Shown: one piece after another, positions 1 through 11,703 of the stretch | Numbering within the stretch: position 1 is the stretch's first letter | Layout of the letters: each line of letters starts with the position of its first letter | Origin: Amphiscolops sp. MND2022 | Taxonomy: Eukaryota | Direction of reading: 5' to 3' | Length of the DNA stretch: 64,000 nucleotides | Assembly (NCBI GenBank): GCA_964187785.1 | Contig: OZ076421.1 | Location: forward strand, 23,870,001-23,934,000 | The notes under the pieces: generated by a model | Told to the model about the DNA's origin: nothing | Database searches by the model: none | What the model saw: the letters and a program-made list of their open reading frames with translations, nothing else | Made by a program: the position numbers and the translations under genes

Positions 1-267
1 ATACTTGCAATTGTTTTGAAACACATTTTTTAAATGATCAAGTTGAGTTCATGCATTCATGTAACATGTAATGATGTACCTAGCAAGGTTTTATTTTTGA
101 GTGTATGAGGTTTACCTGAAAAACGTTCCGGCAAATCTTGGTACAAATCAGCCATAATAAAAAGGTTTGTTAGGCTGAAGATTGCAGCAGTTGATGTCGA
201 CGACGAAATACAAAATTTCAAGAGTTGAGACATGGCGTACCAAGACTGTCGAGTCCGAGATTTTAGC

Positions 268-1481
268 AAGTTGCATGTAGAAGGGGTGCGAAACTAGCGA
301 GTCCTTCCCGGGCAGGTCGTTCCGGGCCACCCAAGGTTAAACACATGTAACAAAATATGAAACTGAGTTCACCGAATTAAAAATTTTTTTAGTATAATTA
401 TGGTTCATTTTGTTTTTCGTATTTTCACAATGTGTTTTGGCGGACGTTTTATGTTACATCAGTTTATGGATGTTTTCCTATTGCGGAATCATTTGATCCC
501 TAAGATGTCATTTTTTTTGGTCCTCAACTGAGCAGAGGTTGCTGGCCTTTTTTTCGGTAATTTAGCTTTTCATATAAAGACTGAGGAAACTTTTCAGGTT
601 GTTTCAACATTTTTTTCGAACTCAGTTGATCCATTTTTTAATGAAACATTATTCTACCCAAAAATGCCAAATTTAAGTTGCATGTAGAAGGAATGCGAAA
701 CTAGCGAGTCTTTCCCGGGCACGTCGTTCCGGGCCACCCAAGGTTAAACACATGTAACAAAATATGAAACTGAGTTCATCGAATTAAAATTTTTTTTAGT
801 ATAAATATGGTTCACTTGTTTTTCGTATTTTCACAATGTGTTTTGGCGGACATTTTATGTTACATCAGTTTATGGATGTTTTCCTATTGGGAAATGATTT
901 GATCCCTAAGATGTCATTTTTTGGTCCTCAACTGAGCAGAGGTTGCTGGCCTTTTTTTCGGTAATTTAGCTTTTCATATAAAGACTGAGGAAACTTTTCA
1001 GGTTGTTTCAACATTTTTTTCGAACTCAGTTGATCCATTTTTTAATGAAACATTATTCTACCCAAAAATGCCAAATTTAAGTTGCATGTAGAAGGAATGC
1101 GAAACTAGCGAGTCTTTCCCGGGCACGTCGTTCCGGGCCACCCAAGGTTAAACACATGTAACAAAATATGAAACTGAGTTCATCGAATTAAAAAATTTTT
1201 TAGTATAAATATGGTTCACTTGTTTTTCGTATTTTCACAATGTGTTTTGGCGGACATTTTATGTTACATCAGTTTATGGATGTTTTCCTATTGGGAAATG
1301 ATTTGATCCCTAAGATGTCATTTTTTGGTCCTCAACTGAGCTCATGTTGCTCGCCTTTTTTCGGTAATTCAGCTTTTCATATTAAGACTGAGGAAACTTT
1401 TCAGGTTGTTTCAACATTTTTTTCGAACTCAGTTGATATATTTTTTAATGAAACATCATTCTATCCAAAAATGCCAAATTT
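268..1481. repeat. Tandem array of three ~404-407 bp units upstream of the Helentron ORF
   Basis: AAGTTGCATGTAGAAGG...CCCGGG...CCACCCAAGG starts at 268, 675 and 1079; the units are near-identical. Confidence 0.95.
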
Positions 1482-2880
1482 GAAGCGATCGTCCCAATTT
1501 TTAACGGACGCCATTCGTGCTTGAATTCACTCAATACGATCTCGAACAGTATCTCTCGATGTTGCTCAGAAGAAAACTTTGTTAAACCTAAAATCTGAGA
1601 CCGCAAACCGGGTTCGACCTTGCCCTGATCCAGTTTTTCTGGATTGTCGAACCTGTGTATGGGAAAACCCTGTCCTAGTGGTTAACCTATGCCCAAATTT
1701 TTTCCAACCCCTATGCTTTGCCCGTGTGATTTTTCTTCCGTATATTCGATGTTAGCAACTCTACTAAATTGAGACTTCGGACGAAAAGTTCGTTGCCTAT
1801 TCAATCGAACATTTCAGTGATGTTTCAACGAATTCACTCTTCCAAAATAATTTCGAGGAAAGTCTTTCCTTTGCCAACTGATATTCATCGAGTTGTTCAC
1901 ATTAAACGCTATTAGTGTAGTGCTACATGTGTTGTATATTTTTCTGCGATAATTTTTTCATCAATCATCAACTCCTTTGGCTTCATCATGAATTATTGTC
2001 ACTCCCGCCTCGTGTTTTAGTTACTTCTTTTCAACCAGGTCATTTTGAGCGACTTGAAAATGGCAATTATTCACTAAATAGAATTGCCAAGCCTCACGAA
2101 AGCTGAAGTTTTTTCTGAGAATGAACGTTATCCAATTCGTTTGCTAGGAAATTTTTCATTAGTTTTTTGCGTTTGTTTTGTGGGGATCTCTTGAGTTTTG
2201 CACAGGTTACTGGCCTTTTTTCGGTAATTCAGCTTTTCATATTAAGACTGAGGAAACTTTTCAGGTTGTTTCAACATTTTTTTCGAACTCAGTTGATCCA
2301 TTTTTTAATGAAACATCATTCTATCCAAAAATGCCAAATTTGAAGCGATCGTCCCAATTTTTAACGGACGCCATTCGTGCTTGAATTCACTCAATACGAT
2401 CTCGAACAGTATCTCTCGATGTTGCTCAGAAGAAAACTTTGTTAAACCTAAAATCTGAGACCGCAAACCGGGTTCGACCTTGCCCTGATCCAGTTTTTCT
2501 GGATTGTCGAACCTGTGTATGGGAAAACCCTGTCCTAGTGGTTAACCTATGCCCAAATTTTTTCCAACCCCTATGCTTTGCCCGTGTGATTTTTCTTCCG
2601 TATATTCGATGTTAGCAACTCTACTAAATTGAGACTTCGGACGAAAAGTTCGTTGCCTATTCAATCGAACATTTCAGTGATGTTTCAACGAATTCACTCT
2701 TCCAAAATAATTTCGAGGAAAGTCTTTCCTTTGCCAACTGATATTCATCGAGTTGTTCACATTAAACGCTATTAGTGTAGTGCTACATGTGTTGTATATT
2801 TTTCTGCGATAATTTTTTCATCAATCATCAACTCCTTTGGCTTCATCATGATTTATTGTCACTCCCGCCTCGTGTTTTAG
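1353..2880. repeat. 668-bp direct duplication (1353-2020 and 2213-2880, offset 860 bp)
   Basis: Both copies run from GCCTTTTTTCGGTAATTCAG to CCTCGTGTTTTAG and are near-identical. The second copy abuts the Rep coding region. Confidence 0.95.
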
Positions 2881-2884
2881 ATGG

Positions 2885-5800
2885 TTGATGGCTGATGCTT
2901 TTGAGATGGCGAAGTTTCTTTGCCAAAAACCTCTTTTCATTGAAAATGGTATTTCTTTCCAACAGTCTCATGTTACTTGCTGTCAAAACACCGTACACGC
3001 TGACCCAATTGCAGTTGAAACAGACTCAGATTCATCGACAGATACCCAAAGCCTGATTGACCGAGACCTGAATTTACCAACTGTAGTGACCTGCGAAACT
3101 CCCTGGAGCTCAAATTCTCTAATTCGCGTTTATCCCACTTCTGGTCAACAACCTTTATCTATTTTCACTGACCAGAACTCCGAAGAGTTGACATACCCCG
3201 AACTTTTTTGTGGCGAAGCAAGGGTCGATAATAGTCGCCGCAGAATTCCAGTAAGTTACTCAACAATTGCGCAAGCTGAATTGAAGTCAAGTGACCGACG
3301 CTGGGCACGACATGAAGAAAATCTATTCTGGAAAGCTACCAAGTTGAAAATTTCTTCTCTTTTTGAGAAGTTGAATGTCGTGACGAGGAAGCGCTACAAT
3401 AACCTAACAGCCAAGGATTTGTCTGAAGATTCTATCAAGTCACTCTTCGCCTCCGACCGTGCTTATGCTTTCACAAGTGCGTTCCGAAATTCCCCCGAGT
3501 TTTTTTAGGAATTTGCAAAACGAATTTTTTGCAATGGTCAGAACCCTTGGACCACCGCAGTTTTTTATCACGTTTTCAATGAGTGAATCCCGATGGCCTG
3601 ATCTTTAACGTTTGCTATATCAATCCAAATACCCTCAGAAACCGACTCCTCAGGACCATGAACTTCTAACGCTTCCATGGCTTGAAGTTTGCTCTCTGAT
3701 TCAAACAGATCCTGTCAGAATTGTACGTCATTTTGTGCGCAAACTGCGTTTCATTCAGAATCAGGTTTTGAAAAGTAATCTGAGCCCGATTGGAAAAGTC
3801 GTTGATTTCAAGTCTCGAGAGGAAGACCAAAAACGTGGTACTTTACATGACCATGGAATCTATTACGTTGAAAATGCTCCAGTTTATGGTGAATCCACTG
3901 ATGCTTCCATTGTCACTTTTAATGATAAAGCTGTTAGTTGTTCTCTATTTTTACCCGACATCGTGGACTGCAACTTAACGGAAGCAGACAAAAGATTGCC
4001 ATTGGTTCAAATACATAAACATCAAGCAAACTGCAAAAGACCTTTCGTCTGCCGCACAGGTTTCCCCCAACCGCCTCTTCCCAAGACAATGATTCTACGT
4101 CCTCTTGAAAATGATATTACGTCGTCGGAACACGCGTCAATTTTCGCTCTCCACAAAATTGTTTACACGTTTTTGAATGATCCTACGAAAGTGCCTCCTG
4201 GTGAGGATTGTACTTTCGGTTTCAATGAAATGCTTACCAGGATGAATGTTTCATACACAGATTATCTCAAAGCTGTACGATATCCGTTGAAACGCCCAGC
4301 TGTTTTTCTACGAAGGGAGCCAAATGCCACCAGGGTCAATGCTTACAACCCCCTTTTGCTGTACCTTTGGCGATCGAATATGGATATTCAATATATTCTC
4401 GATGCATATGCGGTTGCGAAATATATCTGCTCCTATATTGCAAAGGCTCAGAAAAATATTTCCAGAACTCTCAAAATGGCGTCGGATCAAGCTAAAAACG
4501 GGTTGCTCGAGTATTCTGACCAGTTGAAAGAGATCGCTCGAGCATTCATTAAGCATGAAGAAATCGGTGCACAGATGGCTGCTTTGCTGGTACTACAATT
4601 GCCGATAACGGTGTCCACGAGATCGACTCTCTTCGTTAATACTTCCCCTCCGGAACAAAGAGTGAGAATGCTGAAAAGTCACCAGGAACTGGCTCAGCTT
4701 CATCCTGACTCAACCGAAGTTTATGCGAACAACTTGTTCCATTATTATACATCACGCCCGCGGACTCTGGAGAACTTATGTTTAGCAGATTTTGCCGCTA
4801 AATTTGTTCGTCGCTCTCATAATGAAACGTTTGAAACATCTGAAAAAGTCATAACATGGCCCAACAAGGCACAATTCTATAAATTAAAACGGAATCGAAT
4901 CCTACGATACGTCAGGTTCGATATTAGAAAAGACCCTGAAAACCATTATCGAGAGTTGTTACTTCTCTTCCATCCATTTCGTGATGAAATGAAGATCTTG
5001 GGTAATTCCGACACGTTTGAACAACAGTACCATCTTTTAAAAGAAAAAATTGAAGCAAAACGAGTTGAGTTCGAACACTGGCGGTCTGTTACACAAAGAG
5101 CTTGTGATGAAATAGAACTTCTCAGCCCCGACGAACTGGAACGAATTAACACCTTCTTGCAAGACGAAGACGAAAACTTGCAAACGGAAGCAGTAACTCA
5201 TCTGGACGATACGGAGTCTCCAATTGTCACCATTGGTCATCTACCTGCCCTGATAACAGAAGCTGACTTCGTCTCGCTAATTGCTAGTTTTAACCCCGAG
5301 CAGTCAATGATCTTTCATTCCATTTTACATGAGCTTATTCGGAAATCACAGACTTTAAGGGTTTTCGTTACAGGTGGTGCCGGTACTGGCAAAACAGTTC
5401 TTGTTCAAGCTCTTTACCAAGCTATATCCCGAACGAATGATCAACCCGGACGTTCACTCGACCAACCGCTCGTCCTTTTATGTTCCTACACAGGCATCGC
5501 TGCTTCCCATATTAAAGGAACTACTATTCACAGCGCTTTGGGGTTTACGAGTCGATCCAATAACCCAAACGAGCTTTTGAAAGTATCTCGCTCTCGACTT
5601 CATACCTTACAAATTCGATACCAATTTCTTCAAGTTGTGATTATAGATGAAATTTCATTTCTTGGGTCGAACTTTCTTTGCCTTGTTGATTACCGCCTGC
5701 GAGAAATTCGCGCGTCTACTTTACCCTTTGGTGGCTTGACCGTTTTGTTTTTCGGTGATTTATACCAATTACCTCCAGTCAAAGATAGGTTGATTTTCCA

Positions 5801-6422
5801 ACAACCTTCTGATGTGATAGAGTTTCCACGCTTCAACGTCCAACTGTGGAAACTTTTCTCAATGTTTGAGCTCAAAATAATCATGCGACAATCGGATGAC
5901 TTGCCTTTCGCTGAGCTACTTTCTCGAGTTCGAACAGCTTCACATACAGTTGATGATATTCGTATCCTTGAAAGCAGAATAATTCCAGATGAGATTCATC
6001 ACCCACCCCGCTTACGTATCTGTCATACAAATCAACGAGTTGCTGAATACAATGAAAGAGTTTCGTCGGTATCAAGTTGCCAGTCACACACGATACTTGC
6101 CATTGACAACATTTCAAGGGAATGGTCCACTGCAGAAGTTCAAAACGACGCTTTGTCACGGAAAATATCAAAGATGACTTCTCATCGAACAGGAAATCTC
6201 GAAAGCAGTTTGTGTGTCGCAACCGGTGCTCGTGTTATGCTAACTTGCAATCTTAACTTAGACGATTCACTGTGCAATGGAAAGATTGCTGTTCTCAAAA
6301 AAGTTCAAAAATCCGCCTATTGTTCCAAAATGTACAGAGTCTTCGAAAAAATTTTTGCATTGCTACCAAGCAACCATTTTTCGACACTGCAACTTTCAAC
6401 ATTTTCTGTGAAACTTGGTTGA
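2885..6422 (+). pseudogene. Helitron Rep/PIF1 helicase, disrupted
   Basis: ORF 2885-3508 has a Helitron N-terminal region (EELTYPELF, SDRRWA). A frameshift in the T-run at ~3500 joins it to MVRTLGPPQFFITFS. In-frame TAA at 3606-3608. ORF 3612-6422 has HUH, Y2, Walker A GGAGTGKT, Walker B IIDEIS, FGDLYQLPPV and MRQ. Confidence 0.9.
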
Positions 6423-6931
6423 TGTCATCAGACACACTTCCATCCACATTCAATGATATGTTCATCACACGACTTGATTTTCCTACGTGTAATTCGAATC
6501 AGAGACACAGAGGAGGATTTGTAATTTTCTCGAAAGTTCGTCTCGACATAACATCCGAAGTCACGAACAATGTGCAAATAGCATGTTTCGAATTCATGAA
6601 TCTTCTTTTCATTTTTGTTCATCGACGACCGTCAGAAACACCAATATCATTGTTCAAAGAATGTCTTTCTCAGAAGTTTCGCCAACAGAAGAAACCAACC
6701 ATTGTTATGGGTGATTTCAATGTAAACTTGAAATGCGACAACAGCTCCTTTTTACGCTTTATGGGGTCAGAAGGTTTCCACTGCCTAATTGATGATACCA
6801 CCACGAAAGAGCACACACTTCTTGATCACGTATACTGCAATGAATCGAATCTTCTTCATAAGTTGAACTGTTTTGTGGCCTACAATGTTTATAGTTTCCA
6901 TGAGCCCATTGTTTTAGAAGTTTGTGATTGA
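6272..6931 (+). pseudogene. AP-like (EEP) endonuclease domain of the Helentron, out of frame with the helicase
   Basis: Motifs LLFQNVQSL, FCETWL, RGG, IVMGDFNV, TLLDHVY and SFHEPI are typical of APE/DNase I-like endonucleases. Confidence 0.85.
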
Positions 6932-7681
6932 TTTTGTTTCAGTAGTTTAGCTTGTTTATCTTATCTTGAATTATATCCAGCTGAGATGAGAAATTTCGAA
7001 ACAAGAAAAATGATAGCGTATAATGTTTTTTCTCGCTTTTCGATTTTCGGAAATCCAGGCACCATATGTGCAAAGATTTTCGCGCTTAGTCAAAAGCCTA
7101 CTTCACGTTGCGAGCCATGATTGCTAACATTTGAGAGAAAGCTTTAGGCCATCTTATCGGGCCGAATGAGTTGCCGGAGTTGTTTTTAAAGAGATTCCAC
7201 AGTTTGAAGTTGAAGGCCGGAGGCTCGAGAAGTGAACTCAAGGTTAAAACTCAATAATTTCTATTTTCAATTCCAAATTACAACCCAATGATTTTCTCTT
7301 TAGAATTAGTACCCACTTTTGTAGTATGATTTATTAGTGCTAATGAATATGATTTATTTTCAGAGGTGTAAAATGCATTTTCGTTGGTAAAATCTCAAAT
7401 GTTGCCTGGCAAATAGCGATGTGACGTGTTGTGCTTTAATAAAAGCGATGTGTTTTGCGCTGTGCTGTTGCCTTCGTCAAGAATGCAGGCTTTTTTTCAG
7501 AGGAAATCGGCCACTCAAGACATTTTTTGGCTGGTTCCCCCAACAAGCATTTTCATTTCAGGACCTAATTTGTGTCTTTTTGTGCTGTTTTTAAATTGAT
7601 CAGTAAGTAAAAAATTGTCTTGCCTTTTAAGCCATGGTCCTTCGTGTGATATTGCTTATGCGGTTTTTTCAAAATTTGCAA

Positions 7682-7712
7682 CTTCGCAAGTGTTTGCGAA
7701 GCACGGCTTCGC
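7682..7712 (+). other. Overlapping GC-rich hairpins; candidate Helentron 3' terminal stem-loop
   Basis: GCGAAGC-ACG-GCTTCGC (7696-7712) and CTTCGCAA-GTGT-TTGCGAAG (7682-7701), followed by CTCTGTGTT. Confidence 0.5.
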
Positions 7713-8149
7713 CTCTGTGTTCAAATAGCAAATTAAGAGTTGAAAAATTTGAGTACTTCCAGTGAAACTTTTGTTTGTCTGCATTAATTTCGCAAGTTTC
7801 AAAATGTGAGATGCTTTGAAAAGATTAGCTATGATGGGAAGATTAAATTTTTGAGCTTTTTTTTCGTAAAATTGTTCAGAAGTATCTTTAAAAATTCAAG
7901 CTAATTTAGCTGAGTCAAACCCCTCGCGAGCAAATACCTTCCGAATGTTACGAGTCAAGCACCAAATTTATATCCAAGCTAAAGGGTTTCACCCATAGAA
8001 TTCAACTGACGTAAATTAGTATCATGCGGTATGTATTCGTAGATTTTTGGATTTTTTTGGTTGACCCCAGAATGACCTAAAAATGACGCCAAAAATAGTA
8101 AAAACTTAGTTTTCCGGTTTTTTTTGACGTTTTAATGCATTTTTGTCAA

Positions 8150-9750
8150 TTTTTCGATAGATGTCGTGGCTTAGATTGTTGATAACGTTCAAAAGGGAAA
8201 AATTCGTTATCCAAGAGGCTTTTTCGATGAAATAAATGCAATTTTTCAATTTAAAACGACCTCAAAATGAGACCGAAATTGAAAAAATATCGAAAAGTTC
8301 AGATTTCTAACGTTTTTTTGCAATTTTTGTCAAAATTTTGATGCACTTGCTAGCTTAAAAAGTTGAAAAGGTTCAACAATGTAATAATTCGTTGTCCAAG
8401 AGGCTTCTCCGAAGAGATAAATGCAATTTGTTTTGAAAAAATAGTCTCAAATTCAATCCGAATTTGACGAAAATCACGAAGATAAATTTTAAAAATTATT
8501 ATGCAATTTTTGTCTCTTTTTCGAAAGACTTTGTGGGAGCGAATGTTAAAAAAGTTCAGCAAGGAACGACTTCGTTGTCCAAGAGACTTCTTTGAAGAGA
8601 TTTGTTTAGGAAAAAATGCCTCACAAATTCAGTCCGAATTGGACAAAAATCCCGAAAAGATCAGATTTTTAAAATTTTCATGCAGTTTTTGTATATTTTT
8701 CGTAAGACTTGGTGGCTTGGAATATTAACGTTCCACAAAGAACGAATTCGTTCCCCGGGAGGTTTTGTTAAAATATAATTGCGGTTTTTTACCAAAAGGG
8801 ATTCTAAATAAAAGGGATAATAAAAGGACTCACAATGCTGCCAAAAATGATAAACACTACAAAATGTACCATTTTTCACGTTTTTGTGCAACTTTTGTCA
8901 ACTTTTCATAAATCAGAACATGGAAAACGTTGAAGAACGACTGAACTTGTTCTCCAATACACTTGTTTGAGAAGATAATTGCAGTTTTGTAAAAAAAAAT
9001 TGCCACAATGTCCCCAAAATAGTGAAAAAAAACCCGCTTTTTCAATTTTCGATTTTCAAACGCAATTTTTGTGAAATGTTCAACGTTCTCATAGATTAGA
9101 ACTCTAAAACTGTTCAACAACAACTGAATGCGTTGTCCAGTAGGCTTTTCGATGGGATAAGTGCCGGTTTCTGATGAAAATGAGCTTCAATTTGCCATAA
9201 AAATTGTCGAAAATCCAAAACTTTCCAGTTTACGTAGCTTCACGTAATTTGTGTACAATTTTTGAGAATTTTTGTGAGTTAAAAAAATAAAAGGCAAAAG
9301 AATCACGTACGTAATTTCCGTTTTTGATGAGAAAGTTACAGTGTTTCACATCAGAAATACTTCAAACGACACAAGTGAGTCGGAAAGTAGAATTGAAATT
9401 TCAAATGTTTTTGTGCATAAGTCTGTGAATTTTCGAAAAGCGGCGAGCGTTCGATTGAGAGAATGGTTCATCAACAAATTCAGTCGATATCCAGGTGGCT
9501 TTTGTGGGAGGTATTTGCTGATTTGTGTTTGGAAAATGTCCCAATCTGAATCGAAATTTGTATAAACTATCGAAAGTTTCTTTTTTTGACAATTTTAGTG
9601 ATGTTTGTGAAACTAGATGGTCCTGAAGCTTCAGACGATTTATCAAGCTTTACAGTAGGCCTTTCGAAGGTCAATTTGTATATACTTTTTCATGAACTTT
9701 TCGAGCAATTTCGTAATTCAACAACAACTCAACTCGGTATCCAATGAACG
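8150..9750. repeat. Diverged tandem array, unit ~180-200 bp
   Basis: Anchor TTCGTTGTCCAAGAGGCTT and variants recur at ~8211, 8396, 8579, 8754, 8954 and 9137, with fainter copies near 9490-9740. Confidence 0.75.
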
Positions 9751-10648
9751 GTTTTTAAAAGGGGCCTGCAAATGACCGCAAACTTGTCGAAAAAGCAAAA
9801 TTTTCCAAATTTTGACGTTTTTGGCGACTTCGCGTAAAATTATAAAATAATTAACTGGTTAGGTTTTGGTGGTGTACACCCAAGCCGACAAAAAACATAG
9901 GTTTTTGGTGTGTTCATGAAATGTTTCCTTCTAAATAGGATGACATTATTCAAAAAGTGTCATTATCAAAAGTGTTATTATCTATGCGTTTTCATGGTGC
10001 AATGACTACTCTTGAGTCTCAAAAATGTCATTGCCAGAACAGTTTGTACGGAAAATATCCTGCTGGTCAGCGGGCGTCTTGTATTATAAGCGAATAAAAA
10101 ATACGAGTTTTTTAATCGCTACGACAGTTTGCGAATTTCAGCATTTTCGGAATTTGTCGAATGGAAACCTCTTTTCCATAACTGGAAACAAAAACATTTT
10201 TTGAATGAAAATTCGAATTTTTTTGGAAAATGTCGCATAGTGCCGAAAACACCAAGGTGCTCTCTATGCTCGTAAAACGTTCTGTTTCTGGTAAAAGTCG
10301 AAGGGGCTTCGATAAAAACAAATTGGAAAACAGTCGCACAGTGCCGAAAAACAACGGTTTTAAAAAAATTCGTATATAGCGTGCTGGTTCACTGAAAACC
10401 AAATTTTACAACAAAAAATAATCATTTTGTAAAATCTCTCAATGCCGAAAATTGTAAAGGCAGGACCCTTTGGGCTTTTTGAAAATCCAGTTTGTTGCAA
10501 AATTGTCTTCTTAAGAGACATTTAAAAATTTTCGAAAAAAAAAAACATTTTAAAAGTGCCGAAAAAAGACGGGACCTAATTTGGGGTTTATTAACATCCA
10601 TTCTATTGCAAAATGAGAATTTTGAAGTCTCATAGTGCCGAAAAATGT

Positions 10649-10898
10649 TGTTGAATGTCATTTGAACTAAATTGAATCTAAAAAAAAACTTGTTCATGCA
10701 TCTCAGAGTTGCTAAGTCTCAAATAATTTGTTCTGAACTATTCTGCCGCCGTTTTAATGTTTGTTCACAAGTTGGTCTGAATTAATCTTTGAAACACGTT
10801 CTAGTTGAAGTTTGACTTCCACCCAAGCTTTGAGCTATCTAGCTATAGCACAATTTAACAATTTAGCAGAGCTGTCTCGCCACAGCATACTACAAACA
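10649..10898 (+). repeat. BEL 5' LTR
   Basis: Matches 16855-17104 except CAGAG/CAAAG and CTTCC/CTTTC. Confidence 0.97.
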
Positions 10899-10900
10899 TT

Positions 10901-10910
10901 TGGTGACCCG
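10901..10910 (+). promoter_or_regulatory. Primer binding site (tRNA-Trp-like)
   Basis: TGGTGACCCG lies 2 nt after the LTR and resembles the complement of tRNA-Trp 3' ends (TGGTGACCCCG). The tRNA identity is inferred. Confidence 0.7.
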
Positions 10911-10960
10911 AAAGGACATTTTTCATCGAAACTGGTTAGATCGTTTCTTTTTTTTCCTTC

Positions 10961-11551
10961 ATGGTACGAAAAAACATCTACCTGGACAACCATTCTGAAA
11001 ACCTTATCTTGTCAGATTCGTTATTGAAAGAATTTAAAACTCAATCATTTAACATTTTATCAGTACCTGGCGCACGACCGGAGGATTTCTACTCGTTTTT
11101 ACCTCCGTTTTCGAGATTTACTCGCATTGTACTTTTTGTTGGAGGTAACACTTTAGAGGATTTTACTACCAAAGGTGGTCTTTTCCGCCCTCGAAAAGAT
11201 CCCATTGTTGTTGCACTTGAAATAGTTGACTTAGCCTACACCCTCTCGCTACGATCAGACAGTGTTTTTGTTGTAGGCATTCCCCCACGTGGTTATAGTT
11301 GTTTACAATCGAAAGTATCTTCATTGAATCGATATTTATCGCACTTTTTAGCAAATACAAGTATTACTTTTGTTGGTATTTCTCATTACCTTTATGATTT
11401 GAGTTACATTTCTGACGATTTGTGTCATTTTCTCCCCAGAGCGTTTGCGAAAATCCATAAACTCTTGAACAGAAAAGTTTTAAAAGAAAAGTTTCACCCA
11501 TCGAAAGCAAAGAAAGGCAAGATTATTAAATCTTGCAGCTATCCCTTTTAA
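10961..11551 (+). CDS. SGNH/GDSL hydrolase-fold protein (196 aa) encoded inside the BEL element
   Basis: Intact ATG-TAA ORF with block I LILSDS (Ser20), block II VPGA (Gly37), block III VLFVGGN (Asn63), VFVVGIPPR, and block V DDLCH (Asp153-x-x-His156). Confidence 0.8.
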   Translation: MVRKNIYLDNHSENLILSDSLLKEFKTQSFNILSVPGARPEDFYSFLPPFSRFTRIVLFVGGNTLEDFTTKGGLFRPRKDPIVVALEIVDLAYTLSLRSDSVFVVGIPPRGYSCLQSKVSSLNRYLSHFLANTSITFVGISHYLYDLSYISDDLCHFLPRAFAKIHKLLNRKVLKEKFHPSKAKKGKIIKSCSYPF

Positions 11552-11703
11552 AGTTAGTTTCTTATTCGCCTACGCCTGCCTGCCTGAAAGGGGCTGTGCA
11601 GCAATCTTTTGCGGTAACCTGCCTGAAAGGGGCTGTGTTGCTGTTTTTATTTGCCTGCCTGAAAGGGGCTGAGCAATTTCAACAAATACTCGAATAGTGA
11701 GAC

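Larger units (their letters stand above)
1..7721 (+). mobile_element. Helentron / Helitron2-type rolling-circle transposon (Rep-helicase plus AP-like endonuclease), decayed; 5' end probably outside the window
   Basis: Rep HUH motif (QKRGTLHDH), Y2 motif (YAVAKYICSY), PIF1 helicase motifs and a C-terminal EEP endonuclease. Candidate 3' hairpin at 7696-7712. The right boundary is inferred from that hairpin. Confidence 0.8.

Noticed and set aside
57-330. Short minus-strand ORFs at the window start
   Set aside because: No recognisable motifs, and one of them (148-330) overlaps the first tandem unit.
1240-2384. ORFs 1240-1524 and 2178-2384 sharing the same C-terminal peptide
   Set aside because: They lie wholly within the duplicated non-coding repeats; the peptide identity is a by-product of the DNA duplication, and there are no protein motifs.
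8150-9750. CRISPR-like repeat-spacer array
   Set aside because: Eukaryotic context, whole ~185-bp units are homologous rather than unique spacers, and there are no cas genes.
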